Source: Myxococcota bacterium (GTDB taxonomy: Bacteria; Myxococcota_A; UBA9160; UBA6930). From it: DNA of 64,000 bases. This document shows, in pieces, positions 1-8,154 of this stretch. The stretch's first letter is position 1. Each line of letters opens with the position of its first letter. The notes under the pieces are model-generated. The model worked only from the letters and a program-made list of their open reading frames with translations. It searched no databases and was not told where the DNA came from. Both the position numbers and the translations under genes were made by a program. Location of the stretch: contig OZ245002.1 in the NCBI GenBank assembly GCA_965223415.1, positions 2,496,001-2,560,000 on the forward strand. Reading direction: 5' to 3'.

Positions 1-89
1 TCGCAGCCTCGAACCGGGGCGTGCGGTACGCCACGGGGGGGAACACGGCCGAGCGATCTGTCGTCCTCGGCACTGGGAGGTTCAGTCAG

Positions 90-293
90 ATGGCAGCACG
101 AAGGAAGAAGGCGGCGCGCAAGCCGGCCGAGCTCATCATTTCCAAGGCCCGCACCAAGGCCGCCACGAAGAAGTGCAACGTCGGTGGCGAGTTCTACGAG
201 GCCCTCGACAAGCAGGTGCGCGAGCTGATCAAGGACGCGGAAGCCCGCGCGATCGGCAACAAGCGCAAGACGCTGAAGGCCGTCGACCTCTAG
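90..293 (+). CDS. Bacterial histone-fold protein (67 aa) with basic N-terminal tail
   Basis: GGGAGG RBS before ATG 90. The sequence ELIISKARTKAATKKCNVGGEFYEALDKQVRELIKDAEARAIGNKRKTLKAVDL has the size and C-terminal RKTxxxxD motif of archaeal/bacterial (Bd0055-like) histones. Confidence 0.8.
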   Translation: MAARRKKAARKPAELIISKARTKAATKKCNVGGEFYEALDKQVRELIKDAEARAIGNKRKTLKAVDL

Positions 294-305
294 GGTCGCG
301 CCGGA

Positions 306-351
306 AGAACGAGAGCCCGCGGGGCCTTGGCCCCGCGGGCTCTTTCGTTCT
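306..351. terminator. Bidirectional intrinsic terminator
   Basis: GAGCCCGCGGGGC/GCCCCGCGGGCTC stem with A-rich and T-rich flanks between convergent genes. Confidence 0.85.
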
Positions 352-1547
352 CAGTCCTCCTCTCCGCCCTCGTCCTCGCCGGTTTCCTCTTCGATGTGGA
401 CGGGGGGCGCGGCGCGCCCCGCCGCGCGCTCCCGGTTGAAGCCGACCCGGAACAGCCGCTCCAGGGAGACGCGGCGCACCACCTCCGCGCCCGGCCGGTC
501 GTGCTCGGCACACAGGTGGTCGAGGCCCAGGCTGGCGAAGCGCGCGGCCTTGGCGAGCGAGGCGGGGAGCGTCTCCGCGTCTCCCAGGTCGAGGTCGTCG
601 GCCACGGCCACCCGGTTGGCCAGGGTGAGGAACTCGAGCAGTCGCGGCCGCCGCTCCTCCTCCGAGAGCGCGGCGAAGGCGCGGAACAGGCTGTAGTCCC
701 GCTCGGCGACGGCCGGGAAGCTCGGCATCCAGACCGGGAGGGGCCAGTCCTCCAGGTCGAGGGCGCGCTCCTCCTCGGGCAGGTGGCCGACCTGGCCCTC
801 GTCCAGGAAGGCGTAGACCGCCTTCGCCTCGTCCAGGGGCGGGAAGCCCAGATCCTGCAGGCGCCCGCCGCGCCAACGCCGCGCCCACTCCTCGGTCTCG
901 GTCGGCAGCTCCCAGATCACCGCCTGCAGCAGGCGGAAGTAGAGCCAGTAGCTCTTCTGGAAGAGCACGCGCAAGAAGCCCAGCACCTCGTCCAGGTCGT
1001 CGTCGCTGTGCCGTGCCACCAGGTAGAACTGTCCGTCGATGGTCTGGCCGCCGGCGGGCGGGGTCCAGTCGTCGTCGCCGGAGGGCTTGAGGGTCACCTC
1101 CACCCGCTCCATCAGGAGCAGCGTCCAGGCCTCTGGATCGACGGCCTCCGAGGCGCGCAGCAGCGTCTCGTCGCCGGCGTCGGCGAAGGCCTCGAGCCAG
1201 CCCGCCAGGCGACCGCGATCCGGCAGGCCCGCGCGCCATCCGTCGAGGTCGATGCAGGCGGTGATCTGCTCCGGCGTGGCGTGCTCGAGGATCCACCCGG
1301 CGTCGGCCAGCCCGACCGCCTTGGCCGTGAAGCACAGCTCCGCCGGGGGCAGGCGCGGGATCAATCGCGCCGGCTCCGCCGCCAACCCGAGGAGCTCGCC
1401 GCGGCGGCCGACCGGGGTCTCGCAGACGAGGGCCACCTGGGCGTCGAGGGGGTGCTCGGCCAGGACCTCTCGGGCGGCGGTGCGGTCGGTGCGGGCCAGC
1501 TCCAGGATGCGGCGCGCCTGGGGCGGGGGAAGCAAGGGGGTTCCCAT
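351..1547 (-). CDS. DUF6178-like protein
   Basis: Helical protein with 'ATPEQITACIDLDGW' and 'RWRGGRLQDLGFP' motifs and an acidic tail. Start taken at ATG 1547. Confidence 0.7.
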   Translation of the reverse strand: MGTPLLPPPQARRILELARTDRTAAREVLAEHPLDAQVALVCETPVGRRGELLGLAAEPARLIPRLPPAELCFTAKAVGLADAGWILEHATPEQITACIDLDGWRAGLPDRGRLAGWLEAFADAGDETLLRASEAVDPEAWTLLLMERVEVTLKPSGDDDWTPPAGGQTIDGQFYLVARHSDDDLDEVLGFLRVLFQKSYWLYFRLLQAVIWELPTETEEWARRWRGGRLQDLGFPPLDEAKAVYAFLDEGQVGHLPEEERALDLEDWPLPVWMPSFPAVAERDYSLFRAFAALSEEERRPRLLEFLTLANRVAVADDLDLGDAETLPASLAKAARFASLGLDHLCAEHDRPGAEVVRRVSLERLFRVGFNRERAAGRAAPPVHIEEETGEDEGGEED

Positions 1548-1626
1548 CGCCGCGGATCGTAGCCCGCGAGGGCAGCGGGGGGAGTCCTTGGCCTTCAGGC
1601 GCAGTGCTATCGTCCGCCCGTTCGCC

Positions 1627-2943
1627 GTGGCAGCCGCGTCGCCCCAACCCTCGTCTCGCTCCGCGCTGCGTGCCGCCAGCGGCGCCGCTGCGCTGCCCGC
1701 GCTGCTCGCTGCGAGCGCGACGGGTCTGGGCGCCGGCGGCGCCTTCTGGTGGACGATCGGCGCCGGGTGGATCGCTGTGTCCGCACTCCTGGGCGGATTC
1801 GTCCTCCGCCGCGGGCCGCTCAGGCTGTGGTGGCTCGGGCAGGCGGCGGCCGGCGTCGTGTTGGCCCTGGCCGTCGGGGCGTTCCATGCCGCGGCCGCGG
1901 GCTCCGGGCCGAGCGTTCCCGACGTCCATCGCACGCTCGCCCTCGACGTCGATGCGGGTGTGGCCCTCGACCCGGAGCTGAGCTGCGAGCCCGGCGTGCG
2001 CGCGGGCGCGGCGCTCGCGAGCCCCGGTGCCCATCCCCGGCTCGGCTCGAAGGGGGAGCGGCTCTGGTTCGACGCGCCGGGCCCGGAAGGCCGGCGCCAG
2101 ATCCACCTGCTGGAGGGGCCGGACCGTGACGCGCCGCGTGCGCGTTGCTGGACCTGCGGCGAGCCGGGCGAGAACCGTCGCCCGGCGCCGAACCCCTACG
2201 GCGAAGGCGTGCTGTTCGAATCCGACCGAAACGGGAGCGTCGATGTCTTCGTCGCGGAGACGCGCGAGCGCAGGCGGGGGCGCCTCCCTTCTCGCCGCGT
2301 CACGCAGCTCGCGTCCGCGGACCGCTTTCCGATCTTCGAGGCGGGAGGTCGGGGGCTCGTGTGGTCCACCGGCGATGCGGGGCGCTTCGCCGTGGAGGCT
2401 GCGGGCATGGCCACAGGGCACGGCGGCCTCGTCCTCGGAGCCCGGCGCCGGCTGATCGCCGGTGGCCGCGCCTGGGTGGCGCCGCTCGCCTGGTCGCCGG
2501 ACGCGCGCTCCCTGGTCTACGCCCGCGGCGCCGGGCCCGGCGCCTTCGAGGGGCGACTCCTCGATCCGGCGACCGGCGACGAGCGCTCCCTCGGTCCCCT
2601 CGTGGCGGCCTCGTTCTCGCGGGACGGACGGCTCCTCGCCGTCGCCAGCGAGGAAGGACGGGGAACGGGCCCCGCCGGCCTCGGATTCCTGCTGGCGCGG
2701 CTCCCCGGCGAAGGCGGGGTGGGCGAAGGGCAGCCCGGGCGCAGCGTCCTCCTCATCGGCTCGCCCGACGCAGCGCTCGCCGCGGTCGACCTCGGCCCGG
2801 TCGCCGACTGGGGTGCGCCGACCGGCGTCGCCCTCGCACCCGACGGCCGATCACTCGTGCTGGGCCAGTGGCGCCGGAGCGCGAACGGCGGCCGGGAGGA
2901 GCGGCTCATCCGGCTGCTGCGGAGCTGCTCCGTCCGGCCGTAG
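1627..2943 (+). CDS. Membrane-anchored TolB/PD40-like beta-propeller protein
   Basis: N-terminal hydrophobic helices followed by 'FESDRNGSVDVF', 'AWSPDARSL' and 'FSRDGRLL' repeats. Start uncertain. Confidence 0.6.
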   Translation: MAAASPQPSSRSALRAASGAAALPALLAASATGLGAGGAFWWTIGAGWIAVSALLGGFVLRRGPLRLWWLGQAAAGVVLALAVGAFHAAAAGSGPSVPDVHRTLALDVDAGVALDPELSCEPGVRAGAALASPGAHPRLGSKGERLWFDAPGPEGRRQIHLLEGPDRDAPRARCWTCGEPGENRRPAPNPYGEGVLFESDRNGSVDVFVAETRERRRGRLPSRRVTQLASADRFPIFEAGGRGLVWSTGDAGRFAVEAAGMATGHGGLVLGARRRLIAGGRAWVAPLAWSPDARSLVYARGAGPGAFEGRLLDPATGDERSLGPLVAASFSRDGRLLAVASEEGRGTGPAGLGFLLARLPGEGGVGEGQPGRSVLLIGSPDAALAAVDLGPVADWGAPTGVALAPDGRSLVLGQWRRSANGGREERLIRLLRSCSVRP

Positions 2944-2952
2944 CTCTCACGC

Positions 2953-4188
2953 CTACCACGCGTGGAGGCGAACGGGCAGGTACGAGTAGCCCTTCACGAA
3001 GTTCGAGCGCACCCGACGCGGCGCTCCCACGACCTCGATCTCCCGGAACCGCGCCAGCGCTTCCTCCCAGAGGACGCGCAGCTGCATCTCGGCCAGGCGA
3101 CTGCCCATGCAGAAGTGGACGCCGAGCCCGAAGGCGAGGTGCTGCTTCGCGTTCGGGCGATCGATCCGAAGGGCATCGGGCTCGTCGAAGACCGATTCGT
3201 CGCGGTTCGCCGAGACGTACCACATGACGACCTTGTCGCCTTTGGCGATCGGCTTGCCGCCGAGCTCCGTGTCCCGGGTGGCTGTTCGGCGCATGTGCGC
3301 GAGGGGCGTCTGCCAGCGGATGATCTCGCTCACCATGTTCGGGATGAGGCCCGGATCGTCGCGCAGCTTCTGGTACTCCTCCGGGTACTCGTTCAGGGCG
3401 AGGACACCGCCGGAGATCGAGTTCCGCGTCGTGTCGTTACCGCCCACGATGAGCAGCATCAGGGTCCCGAGGTACTCCATGGGGTCCATGGCACGGGTCG
3501 CCTCGGCATTGGCGAGCGCCGTGATGAAGTCGAGCCGCTCGGAGGGCGGCCGATCCTGGCGCTGCTCCCAGAGAGCCGTGAACTCCCGGAGGCACTCCAT
3601 GAGCGCCGTCCGGCGCTCCTCCTCGGTGGCGTCGCCGGAGCCGACCTGCAGGGGGCTCGCCGTCGCCATGTCCGACCAGTGGGTCAGTTTGCGGCGCTCC
3701 TCGTACGGGAAGTCGAAGAGCGTGGCGAGCATCCCGGTGGTGAGCTCGATCGAGACGCGATCGACCCAGTCGAAGGTCTCACCGACGGGGAGGGCGTCGA
3801 GGATCTCCCGCGCGCGCTCCCGGATCACGGGCTCGAGGACGGTCAGGTTTCGGGGGGAGGCGACCGGCTGCACGACCTTGCGATGGGCGGTGTGCTTCGG
3901 TCCGTCCATCGTGATGAAGCCCGATTCCAGGGGGAAGGCCGGGTCCGGATCGCCGACGACGATGCTGCGCGCGGAGGAGTAGGTCTCCGGGTCCTTCTCC
4001 ACGCTCACGACGTCGTCGTAGCGAGTCACCGACCAGTAGGGACCGAAGGCACTCTCGGGGCAACGGTGAACCGGGTCCTCTTCGCGCAGGCGTGCGAAGT
4101 AGCCCCAATGGGTGTCCGTCTCGAAGAGCTCGGAATCCGAGACGTCGATCTTCTCGAGAGGAATGGAACGAGGATCGGGTTGGCTCAT
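2953..4188 (-). CDS. Cytochrome P450 (CYP153-like)
   Basis: I-helix GGNDTT, ExxR (EIIR) and heme motif FGLGVHFCMG. Confidence 0.95.
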   Translation of the reverse strand: MSQPDPRSIPLEKIDVSDSELFETDTHWGYFARLREEDPVHRCPESAFGPYWSVTRYDDVVSVEKDPETYSSARSIVVGDPDPAFPLESGFITMDGPKHTAHRKVVQPVASPRNLTVLEPVIRERAREILDALPVGETFDWVDRVSIELTTGMLATLFDFPYEERRKLTHWSDMATASPLQVGSGDATEEERRTALMECLREFTALWEQRQDRPPSERLDFITALANAEATRAMDPMEYLGTLMLLIVGGNDTTRNSISGGVLALNEYPEEYQKLRDDPGLIPNMVSEIIRWQTPLAHMRRTATRDTELGGKPIAKGDKVVMWYVSANRDESVFDEPDALRIDRPNAKQHLAFGLGVHFCMGSRLAEMQLRVLWEEALARFREIEVVGAPRRVRSNFVKGYSYLPVRLHAW

Positions 4189-4231
4189 GGTGCTGTCTCC
4201 TACACCCTGGGAGAGTAGCTATCGTGTCGCA

Positions 4232-4828
4232 ATGCCCGGCCTGGAGGATATTCGCAGAGCCTTCGAGCGCCACGAGCCCGAGCTGATCGAGAGGCCCGAT
4301 GCGCGGCGGGCGGCGGTGGCGATGGTGCTGCGCGAGAGCGGCGACCGCCCCGAGGTGCTCTTCATCGAGCGCGCCCGGCACGAGGGCGATCCCTGGTCCG
4401 GCCACATGGCTTTTCCCGGCGGGCGGGTCGATCCCGAGGACGTGACCGTGCGCCACGCCGCCGAGCGCGAGACCGAGGAGGAGGTCGGCGTCTCGCTCCG
4501 CGACGCCGAGCTGATCGGGCGTCTCGACGATCTCCAGGGCCGCCACGCCGGCCGCTCGAATTCGATGGTGATCTCCGGCTTCGTCTTCCACCATCCCGCG
4601 CCCGAGGAGCTCGTGCCGAACTACGAGGTGCAGGAGACCTTCTGGTTCCCGGTGGGCGAGCTGCGCGAGCCCGAGCGCCACATCGAGAAGAGCTTCCGCG
4701 AGACCGGCAGCATGCGCTTCCCCGGCATCGTCGTCGGCCACCCGGAGCGCCACGTCGTCTGGGGCCTGACCTACCGCTTCCTCGAAGTCTTCTTCGAGGT
4801 GGTCGGCCACCCGCTCAGAGACGATTAG
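4232..4828 (+). CDS. Nudix hydrolase, CoA pyrophosphatase family
   Basis: 'WSGHMAFPGG' plus Nudix box 'AERETEEEVG' and 'VWGLTYRFL'. Confidence 0.9.
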   Translation: MPGLEDIRRAFERHEPELIERPDARRAAVAMVLRESGDRPEVLFIERARHEGDPWSGHMAFPGGRVDPEDVTVRHAAERETEEEVGVSLRDAELIGRLDDLQGRHAGRSNSMVISGFVFHHPAPEELVPNYEVQETFWFPVGELREPERHIEKSFRETGSMRFPGIVVGHPERHVVWGLTYRFLEVFFEVVGHPLRDD

Positions 4829-4854
4829 GAGACGGGCCGGAGGCCCCGTTTCTC
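4828..4854. repeat. Short hairpin at a convergent junction, loosely related to the AAACGG..GGCCC repeat
   Basis: GGAGACGGGCCGGAGGCCCCGTTTCTC, an imperfect inverted repeat. Confidence 0.45.
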
Positions 4855-5389
4855 AACTCTGCTCGAGGTCGACGTCGATGATGAGGCGGTCGGCTTCGGC
4901 TTCGAGGGCGCTGCGGAGGTGGCTCTCGTCCGTGGTGCCGGGGACCTCGGCGAGGAGGTTCATCTCGTAGTGGGGGGAGCCGCCGGGTCCGGGCTGGCTC
5001 CGGGTCGAGAGCTCGACGATGTTGACGGAGTGCTCGGCGAGCACGCCGCAGATGGCAGCGACGATCCCGGCCTTGTCCTCGCCGGCTGCGCGCACCCGGT
5101 AGAGATGGGCGCCCGCCGCGGGAACGGCTGGACGCGGTCCGCCCTCGAGATGGCGCAGCAGGATCGTGAGCCCGTGGTCGCGCTCCAGCTGCTTGGCGCC
5201 CACCGCCAGCCGATCGCCGGCTCCCTCGCTGGACGACGAGCACAGCAGGATGACCGCGAAGTCGGTCCCGAGGATCGTCATGCGCGAGTCCTCGAGGTTG
5301 GCGTCGCTGTCGAGCACGAGCCGGGCCAGCTCGGCCACCAGGCCCGGCCGGTCTCGACCGATCGCGGAGAGGATGAACCAGCGCTGCAT
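4853..5389 (-). CDS. GcvR-like double-ACT-domain regulator
   Basis: Two ACT repeats: 'GRDRPGLV' and 'GEDKAGIV'. Confidence 0.88.
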   Translation of the reverse strand: MQRWFILSAIGRDRPGLVAELARLVLDSDANLEDSRMTILGTDFAVILLCSSSSEGAGDRLAVGAKQLERDHGLTILLRHLEGGPRPAVPAAGAHLYRVRAAGEDKAGIVAAICGVLAEHSVNIVELSTRSQPGPGGSPHYEMNLLAEVPGTTDESHLRSALEAEADRLIIDVDLEQS

Positions 5390-5398
5390 GGCAGGAGC

Positions 5399-5695
5399 CT
5401 AGCTCTCCGCCGGGGCCTCCTCGAACCCGTCGCAAGAGCGCACCGGGAGCTGCGGATAGCGAGGCCAGGCCGGGTCGGCCTCGGCGCGGCCGCAGCGCCA
5501 GAACGTGCTGCCTCGGGCGCTTCGCGTCGCCCGGACGTGGCGGCAGCGCCCGCACAGGCCCGGGCTCGGAGCGGGCGGCTCCGGGCTCACGGGCGGCGCC
5601 TCGGCGTCGGCATCGCGGAAGTCTACACTTCGCACCCGTGAGCCCCGGAAGCCCCGACCCCCGTTCGGCCCGACGCCCCGGCGGCCTGCGCGCAC
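5399..5695 (-). CDS. Small Cys-rich hypothetical protein (start probably further downstream)
   Basis: GLCGRCRH...FWRC...YPQLPVRSCDGFE; sits just upstream of, and co-directional with, the GcvR-like gene. Confidence 0.55.
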   Translation of the reverse strand: MRAGRRGVGPNGGRGFRGSRVRSVDFRDADAEAPPVSPEPPAPSPGLCGRCRHVRATRSARGSTFWRCGRAEADPAWPRYPQLPVRSCDGFEEAPAES

Positions 5696-6570
5696 GTCTG
5701 GAACGGGTGCTCGACCTCGCGGAGAGCTGGCTCCGGAGCGAGCTCGGCGTCCTCGCGGATCCCGGTGCCGTAGCCCGCGGCCGGGCCTTCCGCTTCGAGC
5801 GGGTGCGCGGACGCGGCCAGCTCGTGCCCATCCCCGATCCGGAGCCCTTCGCCCTGGACGACCTGCTGGGCGTCGAGCGCGCCAAGCAGCGCCTGGTCCG
5901 CAACACCGAGCAGTTCCTGGCCGGCCATCCCTTCAACCACGTACTCCTCTACGGCGAGCGCGGCACCGGCAAGTCCTCGGCGGTGCGCGGCCTCCTCACC
6001 CGCTACGGCGAGCGGGGCCTCCGGGTCGTGGAGGTTCGCAAGGCCGACCTGGCCCACCTGCCTGACGTGCTGACGCTCCTCCGCCCGCACGCCGAGTGCT
6101 TCCTGGTCTTCTGCGACGATCTCTCCTTCTCCGACGGCGATGCGGGCTACCGCGAGCTGAAGGCCGCTCTCGAGGGCAGCCTCGACGCGCCGCCCCGCAA
6201 CGTCTGCTTGGTCGCGACCAGCAACCGCCGCCACCTGCTCCCGGAGCGCCGTTCCGAGAACCAGGAGGTCCGCCTCGACGAGGACGGCGAGCTGCACCTG
6301 GGCGAGACCATCGATGAGAAGCTCGCCCTCTCCGACCGCTTCGGACTGATGCTCGGCTTCTTCGGCTTCGACCAGAAGACCTATCTCCGGATCGTCGCCC
6401 ACCACGCCTCGGCGGCCGGCATCGACGTGGACCCGGAGCAGCTGCGAAGCGACGCGCTGCGCTGGGCCCTGGACCGCTCGTCGCGGTCCGGTCGCACGGC
6501 CCGCCAGTTCGTGAACGACCTGGCAGGACGCCTCGCTCTCCAGGCCTCCGGCGACCGGGGCGACGCGTGA
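5638..6570 (+). CDS. AAA+ ATPase, DUF815 family
   Basis: Walker A GERGTGKS, 'FCDDLSF', 'ATSNRRHL' and 'SLSDRFG'-like motif. Confidence 0.92.
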   Translation: MSPGSPDPRSARRPGGLRARLERVLDLAESWLRSELGVLADPGAVARGRAFRFERVRGRGQLVPIPDPEPFALDDLLGVERAKQRLVRNTEQFLAGHPFNHVLLYGERGTGKSSAVRGLLTRYGERGLRVVEVRKADLAHLPDVLTLLRPHAECFLVFCDDLSFSDGDAGYRELKAALEGSLDAPPRNVCLVATSNRRHLLPERRSENQEVRLDEDGELHLGETIDEKLALSDRFGLMLGFFGFDQKTYLRIVAHHASAAGIDVDPEQLRSDALRWALDRSSRSGRTARQFVNDLAGRLALQASGDRGDA

Positions 6571-7409
6571 TGCGGCAACTCGCCCTGATGCTGCTCCTCC
6601 TGTCGTCCGGCCCCCTGCAGGCGGTCGCGGTCGCGGCCGCGGCCGAGGAGCCCGCCGCCGCCTCCGAGGAGCCCACCCCTGCGGAGGACTGGGCCGAGAT
6701 CGACGACATCCTCGAGGAGGACTGGCTCCAGCCGGACCCGGCCGAACGGGATCCCCTGGAGCCGATGAACCGGAGCGTCCATGGACTGAACGAGGGTTTC
6801 CTGAGCTGGGTCGTCCAGCCGGTCCACCGCGCCTACCGCTTCGTGGTTCCCGCCGCGGCACGGCGAGGCCTGGCGCGCTTCTTCTCCAACCTCCATGCGC
6901 CGGTGATCCTCGTGAACGACGTGCTCCAGCTCGCCCCCGTCCAGGCGGGGGAGACCAGTGCGCGTTTCGTCGTCAACTCGACCCTCGGCATCGGCGGCCT
7001 CTTCGATCCGGCCACGCCCCTGGGCCTCCCCGGTCACGAGACCGACTTCGGCGAGACGCTGGCCGCCTACTGGACTCCGAGCGGCCCGTACCTGGTCGTC
7101 CCGATCCTCGGCCCCTCGACGGTCCGGGATGCCGTGGGTGAGGCGGTGGACGGCCTGCTCCGCCCGGACGTCTGGTTCCTAGGCATGGGCCCGGGCGTCC
7201 TCCTCAGCACCGGCAGCGGCATGGCGACCTACGACATCCAGAAGGAGAGGCTCGAGGCGCTGCGCGAGACCTCCGTGGACTACTACGCAGCGTTGCGGGG
7301 CGCCTACCTCCTCGATCGGGATGCCCAGGTGGATGCGCGGGTGTGCGGGCTCTCCTGGCGGGCCTGCGTCACGGAGGAAGCTGCCGCGGCGACCTCCGGT
7401 GGTCGTTAG
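6570..7409 (+). CDS. mlaA: VacJ/MlaA family lipid-asymmetry protein
   Basis: 'DPLEPMNR', 'NSTLGIGGLFD', 'DFGETL' and 'GPYLVVPILGPSTVRD'. Confidence 0.9.
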   Translation: MRQLALMLLLLSSGPLQAVAVAAAAEEPAAASEEPTPAEDWAEIDDILEEDWLQPDPAERDPLEPMNRSVHGLNEGFLSWVVQPVHRAYRFVVPAAARRGLARFFSNLHAPVILVNDVLQLAPVQAGETSARFVVNSTLGIGGLFDPATPLGLPGHETDFGETLAAYWTPSGPYLVVPILGPSTVRDAVGEAVDGLLRPDVWFLGMGPGVLLSTGSGMATYDIQKERLEALRETSVDYYAALRGAYLLDRDAQVDARVCGLSWRACVTEEAAAATSGGR

Positions 7410-7418
7410 GCGAGCATC

Positions 7419-8048
7419 CTAGGGCTCGGCCGCCACGTCGGCGCTGGCCTCGCCCGCGGCGATCTTCCCCTCGAGCTGCTCGATCAGCAGGTCCAGCCCG
7501 TCCTTCTCGATGACGCTGCCGTACTCAGAGCGGCGTAGGGCGAGCTCGCTGACGGTGCCGTTCAGGAAGACGTCCATGACCCGCCAACGGCCTTCGCGAT
7601 GGCCCAGCCGGTAGTGGATCTGCACCGGCTCACCGTCGGGGCGGGTGATGTGGGTGTGTACGACGATGGTCCCGCGGGCGCCGCTCTCCGCTTCCTCCAC
7701 CACGAGCTCCTCGCCGCTCCAGCCGTCGAAGCGCTCGGCGTAGGTGGCCACGGTGAGGCGGCGGAAGGTCTCGACCCAGCGGCTCCGCTCGTCGTCGGCG
7801 AGGCTCCGCCAGTGCCGGCCGAGCACCTTGGCCGCCATCAGCGGTACGTCGTAGGCCTGCTCGACGGCGGGGCCGAGCTTCTCGCGCCGCCCCTCGAGCC
7901 CGAGGCTCTCGGCGTTCCGCATGCAATCCGACAGCGCCGCGTAGAAGGCCTCGATCGGAGCCCGCGCGGCCGAGAGAGCGGCCGTTTCCTCGGCCACCGC
8001 CGCGAGGGGCAGGAGCCAGACGACGGCTAGAGCGAGGAGGCGCCACAT
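7419..8048 (-). CDS. hpnM: MlaC/HpnM family periplasmic lipid-binding protein
   Basis: Signal peptide and 'WRVMDVFLNGTVSELALRRSEY'; divergent from hpnN. Confidence 0.82.
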   Translation of the reverse strand: MWRLLALAVVWLLPLAAVAEETAALSAARAPIEAFYAALSDCMRNAESLGLEGRREKLGPAVEQAYDVPLMAAKVLGRHWRSLADDERSRWVETFRRLTVATYAERFDGWSGEELVVEEAESGARGTIVVHTHITRPDGEPVQIHYRLGHREGRWRVMDVFLNGTVSELALRRSEYGSVIEKDGLDLLIEQLEGKIAAGEASADVAAEP

Positions 8049-8154
8049 GGGTCGGGAGAGTAGCGGTCCGGCCCCGTTCGGCCCCGTGGCGCCGGTCACC
8101 CTCGCCGCCGGTGGCCGTTCGCACGGGGGCTCCGGAGTCTGCTAGGGCTTCCTC

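Noticed and set aside
229..2421. Long alternative-frame and antisense ORFs (e.g. 229-2421, 7630-10647, 11499-14087, 11656-14016, 22306-24708, 45171-47744)
   Set aside because: Shadow frames of recognisable genes in high-GC DNA, mostly Arg/Pro/Gly-rich, with no family motifs.
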